A DNA stretch of 44,260 bases from contig JACZRW010000003.1 of assembly GCA_022574495.1 (NCBI GenBank), forward strand, positions 1-44,260, in the 5' to 3' direction. This DNA comes from Patescibacteria group bacterium (GTDB taxonomy: Bacteria > Patescibacteriota > Microgenomatia > Woykebacterales > RBG-16-39-9b). The notes under the pieces are model-generated. The model was given only the letters and a program-made list of their open reading frames with translations, searched no databases and had not been told where the DNA came from. The translations under genes and the position numbers were made by a program. Position 1 is the first letter of the stretch, and each line of letters begins with the position of its first letter. Positions 40,122 to 44,260 of the stretch are shown in pieces.

Positions 40122-40550
40122 ATGGATGGGACATCAAAATTTTTATTGCAATTAGTAACTCCCGAGAAAAAATCGTTCGATGACGTGGTTGATCAGGTCA
40201 CTATTCCTACTATCGAAGGAAATATCACCGTTTTACCAAACCATATGTCTCTGGTTACTTCTATCAAACCAGGCGAGTTAATTGTCAAACAAGGATCCAA
40301 AGAAACCAATATTGCTTCTGGTTTTGGATTCGCCCAAATCACCGGTCAACAAGTTAGTATCCTCACTGACCTCGCCGAAGAAGCTGAAAATATATCAGAA
40401 AAAGAAGCCGAAGAAGCTAGAAGGAGAGCTGAGGACACTCTTAAAGAAAAAGAAAGACTTTCCAGCGAAGAGTATGCTGCTGTTGCCGCCGCTTTGGAAA
40501 AATCCCTCGTTCGACTACGTGTAAAGAGACGTCACCGCCTAAAAGTTTAA
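40122..40550 (+). CDS. atpC: ATP synthase F1 subunit epsilon
   Basis: LVTPEK, G.I.VLPNH, C-terminal helices. Confidence 0.95.
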   Translation: MDGTSKFLLQLVTPEKKSFDDVVDQVTIPTIEGNITVLPNHMSLVTSIKPGELIVKQGSKETNIASGFGFAQITGQQVSILTDLAEEAENISEKEAEEARRRAEDTLKEKERLSSEEYAAVAAALEKSLVRLRVKRRHRLKV

Positions 40551-40564
40551 CTAATCAATATCGA

Positions 40565-40698
40565 TGGTGACCCACGAAGCTTCTTGTTCAGATTCAAAGA
40601 GTTTGTAACTCAGTTTAAGTTATCAGGTCAGTATGAGATTCAGCCCTTGTTAGAAAAATATTCTTACCTATAATTACCTAAGTTTATTAGAAAATTAA
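40565..40698. repeat. 134-nt dispersed repeat unit with degenerate interior
   Basis: Starts TGGTGACCC and ends AATTACCTAAGTTTATTAGAAAATTAA. Same length as the 15628 and 41077 copies. Confidence 0.65.
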
Positions 40699-41036
40699 GT
40701 TGGTTTAACTAAGGTTGAAGGGATGTACAATAAGGCTCCAATTAAGGTGATCATAAATGCTCTTGAATCTCCAGGGTCTGGCGATAGACCAGAGCCAAAT
40801 GACATCAATCCAACTAGTAATAAATAAACAATTGAAAGTACAAGAAGTAGGAATTTTAGCTTTGGCTGGTTTTTTTCTAAAAAGGTCAGGAGAAGGAAGA
40901 TTGCTAAAAATACTGGAAAAAAGACCAATAACATGTTCTTGTCAGCTGCATCGCTTGACAAAAGTCTTAGGTAAACAGGAAATCCAAGTAATCCAATTGT
41001 AAATATTAACCAGCCTATTTTGATGTAGAAACGCAT
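40695..41036 (-). CDS. 4-TM hypothetical membrane protein
   Basis: Four hydrophobic segments, TATAAT just upstream (leaderless). Confidence 0.7.
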   Translation of the reverse strand: MRFYIKIGWLIFTIGLLGFPVYLRLLSSDAADKNMLLVFFPVFLAIFLLLTFLEKNQPKLKFLLLVLSIVYLLLVGLMSFGSGLSPDPGDSRAFMITLIGALLYIPSTLVKPT

Positions 41037-41076
41037 CTGTACAGATTATAATTGTTCTAAATAGAATTAAGCAAGC

Positions 41077-41210
41077 TGGTGACCCTAACGACTCTGACTT
41101 CGAACACCTTGATCCAGCTTCTTAATGATTGGCAGACTCAAAATCTTCTAGAACCAATTGAACCTAAGAATACATTTGGGACTAACTACCTAAGGGGATT
41201 AGAAGATTAA
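41077..41210. repeat. 134-nt dispersed repeat unit
   Basis: See 15628-15761. Confidence 0.9.
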
Positions 41211-41241
41211 TAATGTAAGAAGATTATTTGAAGAAGAAAAC

Positions 41242-41931
41242 CTATTTAAGGTAAGTTAGTGTGGAGAGAATAAGATTCATTATATCTCTATATTCCTTAA
41301 TATTTTCTTTGTCGTAAATAAAGAGAGTGATTCGTTGAGTTCCAGAGGTTAATCTGGGTCCTCCATCTTGCTCGGAAAAATTAGTTATTTGTTTGACTCC
41401 TCCTATATGAGTATCTATATCATAACTTTCCTCAGAATTAATTTCTTGATAGATTCCCTTGTGACCATCCACAACTATTTCCTTTTTATTCAAAATCTGT
41501 CTTGACCCTGCTGCTTTTTTTGCCAAATTTTCTGGAGTATCTTGAGGATTTATGTATGTATGTTCATTGACTGAAATTAGTATCTTATTTTCACTATCTG
41601 CGAAATTAGCAAATCCACCTGTTGATGCTGGAGCACTACTCCATTCAGACGGATATTTAAAAGAAAAATCTTCAGTTGAGTGACTTTTCCAATCAGCTGT
41701 TTCATCTTTTTCTGCTGAAGTAGTAGTGGAAGGTGTTGAGGTAGGTACTTGAGATTTTGGTACTTCTTTTAGGTCTGAATTAAATGATCCTCTCTCGAAA
41801 ATAAAAAACCAGTATACACTTGCAATAATACTAGTTACCACCAGAATAATTAGTATTGTGAGTCCAATTTTTTTCCAGTTGGTTTTCTGTGGAGTTACTT
41901 GAGGTTGTGGTTGAACAGGTACTTCTTCCAT
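41242..41931 (-). CDS. Membrane-anchored PsbP-like surface protein
   Basis: TM segment, S/T linker, TADWK....FSFKYP.EW, VDG..G, ILSTL. Confidence 0.75.
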   Translation of the reverse strand: MEEVPVQPQPQVTPQKTNWKKIGLTILIILVVTSIIASVYWFFIFERGSFNSDLKEVPKSQVPTSTPSTTTSAEKDETADWKSHSTEDFSFKYPSEWSSAPASTGGFANFADSENKILISVNEHTYINPQDTPENLAKKAAGSRQILNKKEIVVDGHKGIYQEINSEESYDIDTHIGGVKQITNFSEQDGGPRLTSGTQRITLFIYDKENIKEYRDIMNLILSTLTYLK

Positions 41932-41978
41932 TTGCTTAATTATCTAACCTAAAGTTTCTTAAGTCAAATGAGACTAGC

Positions 41979-42017
41979 TGGTGAAGCAGTGTGGTCGCGG
42001 TCAGTTCAATCGCTATA
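41979..42017. repeat. att-like motif, variant class
   Basis: Matches 13333-13371. Confidence 0.7.
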
Positions 42018-42086
42018 GTCGTGTCTCATCCTGAGGCTAAATGAGACAAATGAGACAGTATAAAAGGAATGTCTCAAAAAACCCTC

Positions 42087-42132
42087 TTGACAAGAATTTC
42101 CAAAAGGTGTTAGTATGTGTAATAATTACACT
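42087..42132 (+). promoter_or_regulatory. nrtR promoter plus NrtR-type operator
   Basis: TTGACA...TGnTAGTAT followed by the palindrome TGTGTA-ATAAT-TACACT (42116-42132). Confidence 0.75.
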
Positions 42133-42139
42133 AACTAAT

Positions 42140-42814
42140 ATGGAAACTGTAAAGAAGAAATATGAATTTGCAGTAATTGCAACCGACGTGGTTATATTTA
42201 CTGTGCAGAACTACCAATTAAAAGTTTTGCTTATTAATATGAAGAAGCCACCCTTTACTGGGTTTTGGGCTTGTCCAGGTGGCTTGGTAAAACCTACTGA
42301 ATCGGTAGAAGAGTCCGCTAAGCGCCATCTTCTCGAGAAGACTGGTGTTAAGGATGTATATTTGGAGCAGCTGCATACTTTTGGACAAGTGGATAGAGAT
42401 CCCTTCGGACGGGTAGTTTCCGTCGCTTATTTTGCACTCATTCCCAGCGACAATCTTAATCTGCATACTACAAAGGAATATAAAGGTGTTGAGTGGTTTC
42501 CAGTGAACAAATTACCAAAACCAGCCTACGACCATTCTGAAATCATCAGCTTGGCTTTAGATAGACTAAAACACAAAATAACTCAAACAAACATCGCTTA
42601 TAGTCTCCTGCCTAAACAGTTTACACTTGGTGAGCTTCAAGATATGTATGAGTTGATTTTAGATAAAGAGGTAGATAAAAGAAACTTTAGAAAGAAAATA
42701 TTATCACTAAACCTAATTAGAGACATAAGTAAAAAGAGGCTAGGAGCAGCAAATCGGCCCGCAAAATTGTATAAATTTGAGAGTTTTGAGCATAAGGAAA
42801 TAGACGTAATGTAA
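42140..42814 (+). CDS. nrtR: NrtR-family Nudix-wHTH transcriptional regulator
   Basis: WACPGG, YLEQL.TFG..DRDP.GRVVSVAY, FTL.ELQ..YE, DKRNFRKK, RPAKLY. Start reassigned to 42140. Confidence 0.92.
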   Translation: METVKKKYEFAVIATDVVIFTVQNYQLKVLLINMKKPPFTGFWACPGGLVKPTESVEESAKRHLLEKTGVKDVYLEQLHTFGQVDRDPFGRVVSVAYFALIPSDNLNLHTTKEYKGVEWFPVNKLPKPAYDHSEIISLALDRLKHKITQTNIAYSLLPKQFTLGELQDMYELILDKEVDKRNFRKKILSLNLIRDISKKRLGAANRPAKLYKFESFEHKEIDVM

Positions 42815-42838
42815 ATTAAAAATTTTTACGCTTTTGTA

Positions 42839-42937
42839 AGTGTATATACTACACTATGTAAACGCATTATAGGGTTATGGGTTAGTGTAATACTTACGCT
42901 CAATTTATTTGACAAACATTAATATTTATGCTACTAT
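42839..42937 (+). promoter_or_regulatory. Two NrtR-type boxes plus a sigma70 promoter
   Basis: AGTGTA-TATAC-TACACT (42839), AGTGTA-ATACT-TACGCT (42884), TTGACA(42909)-17-TACTAT with extended TG. Confidence 0.75.
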
Positions 42938-43014
42938 AGGGTGCTTTTACGCACGTATGCGTTAGAGCTTAATTCGCACATTAACTATACAGATAAAGAA
43001 AGGAAGGTGAAGTC

Positions 43015-43863
43015 TTGGACTTCGAAATCGCTGCAGGAGGTATCACAGGAACCATGCATTCAGATCCGTTGGTATCTAAAGCCAACCAAGATGCCTTTGC
43101 TATTCGGAGAACCAACACAGCAATCACTGCCCTTATCTGTGATGGTTGCAGCAAAGGCCCATACAGCGAGGTAGGTGCCCACATTGGCGCCCGCTTATTC
43201 GTGGAGGCAATCGAATCGCAAGTAGCACACATCCCTGTTCCGTCACTGACGGATGAACTGTTCCCCGTAATCTTGGAAAGGGTGCGGCTAGATGTCTTGG
43301 CCCAGATACGAGGGTTGGCCAACTTGATGGGTGGTAGTTTCTCCGAAACAATCAGCGACTACTTCCTATTCACAGTGGTCGGAATGGTGATGACACCGTT
43401 GCGGACGTGGACTTTTTCGATCGGGGATGGTGTGTTCATCGTCAACGGCGAGATAACTCGCCTAGGCCCATTTCCAGAAAACGAACCGCCGTACCCCGCT
43501 CTTGGTTTGGTTCGATCAAAGATAGCCCCGGAGCTATTGGTGTTTGGGGTGAACAAATCTTGCTGGACCAACCAAGTTGACTCGATCCTCATCGGCAGTG
43601 ATGGTGTGGTCGATCTTGTTAGGGCCGGCGAAAAAGAACTTAACTTACCTGGCACGAAAGAGCCAATAGGCCCAATAAGCCAGTTCTGGGAGGTGGACCG
43701 CTATTTTGCAGGCCCACACTGGATTCGCCGACGATTAGTCTTGGCAAACCAATTCGGCGTTCGGCTTGACCGGACAGGATCGGACATTATCAGAGAATAC
43801 GGTCTGCTGCCCGATGACACTACCATTGTTGTGGTACGTCGGACACCAAACCGAGAGGAGTAA
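43015..43863 (+). CDS. PP2C-like protein phosphatase
   Basis: G..H......NQDA, ICDGCS, SIGDG, GSDG, DDTT. TTG start with SD. Confidence 0.88.
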   Translation: MDFEIAAGGITGTMHSDPLVSKANQDAFAIRRTNTAITALICDGCSKGPYSEVGAHIGARLFVEAIESQVAHIPVPSLTDELFPVILERVRLDVLAQIRGLANLMGGSFSETISDYFLFTVVGMVMTPLRTWTFSIGDGVFIVNGEITRLGPFPENEPPYPALGLVRSKIAPELLVFGVNKSCWTNQVDSILIGSDGVVDLVRAGEKELNLPGTKEPIGPISQFWEVDRYFAGPHWIRRRLVLANQFGVRLDRTGSDIIREYGLLPDDTTIVVVRRTPNREE

Positions 43864-43867
43864 GCGA

Positions 43868-44260
43868 ATGCCAACGGTAATTGTTCGGGGACAGCAAATC
43901 AGTGTCACCCCAAGTCAATCAGTCGGCAAGGGTGGTGAGGCTGACGCTTTCCTCTATGAGCCAGGCCTAGTTCTCAAGTTGTTCAAAGGAGCCAGACACC
44001 CAGATCTAGTCGGTAAACCTGACGACCAAAGGATTGCCAGAGAACGCCTTGCCGAACACCAGCAAAAACTCCCTGCCTTCCCAAAGGGACTACCAAATCG
44101 TGTAGTTACCCCTATTGACTTGGCCATGGACAGACGTGGCCAGATCGTAGGCTACACCATGCGATACATCGACGGTGCGGAAGCGTTTCTGCGCTACGGT
44201 GAGCGTAGATTCCGTGAGGAAGGCGATATTTCCAACGACACGATGGTGCAGGTCCTTCTG
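43868..44260 (+). CDS. Ser/Thr protein kinase-like protein, truncated by the window end (not in the ORF track)
   Basis: ATG 43868 with SD GAGGAG. Gly-rich loop VGKGGEADAF, VLKLF, VVTP.DL, VGYTM. Confidence 0.8.
   Translation, partial: MPTVIVRGQQISVTPSQSVGKGGEADAFLYEPGLVLKLFKGARHPDLVGKPDDQRIARERLAEHQQKLPAFPKGLPNRVVTPIDLAMDRRGQIVGYTMRYIDGAEAFLRYGERRFREEGDISNDTMVQVLL

Noticed and set aside
42041-42139. N-terminal extensions in the ORF track (nrtR, and likewise uvrA, the AbrB gene, the CMK-like gene, DUF5679 and atpE)
   Set aside because: The extensions run through promoter or SD elements, and downstream starts fit the family N-termini.

Overview
AT-rich chromosomal window that looks like a Patescibacteria/CPR-type bacterium (inference from many leaderless genes, a compact atp operon, and DUF5679, DUF1059 and pilin-like proteins). 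Core content is a PEP synthase-like gene plus CYTH, two TM-helix/MscS-like proteins, a K+-independent H+-PPase, tRNA-Lys(CTT) and tRNA-Arg(TCT), an SBP-5 gene, secG, a uvrC/uvrA/uvrB/lexA cluster, an NRAMP-family transporter, rsmI, gpmI, and a beta-CA-like gene heading atpBEFHAGDC. Three accessory tracts (about 1-3.5, 12.3-17.7 and 40.5-44.3 kb) are punctuated by a dispersed family of tRNA-3'-end-like, att-like motifs (TGGTGA-N16-TTCGAAC). Four of these form 131-134 nt colinear units that separate single cargo genes like cassettes, and no integrase is present in the window. Two GC-rich intergenic regions without a convincing ORF have their own promoter signals and dense, pseudoknotted pairing potential: about 600 nt between uvrA and uvrB, and about 290 nt at 13 kb. 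These are candidate unannotated large structured ncRNAs. Other notable items are a synonymously recoded duplicate of the last 26 codons of hppA, an NrtR gene with three GT-N7-AC boxes ahead of a PP2C plus Ser/Thr-kinase-like pair, an ART-like cargo gene, and a PpsA with a degenerate pyruvate-binding site. All structure and family calls were made by eye and no searches were run.
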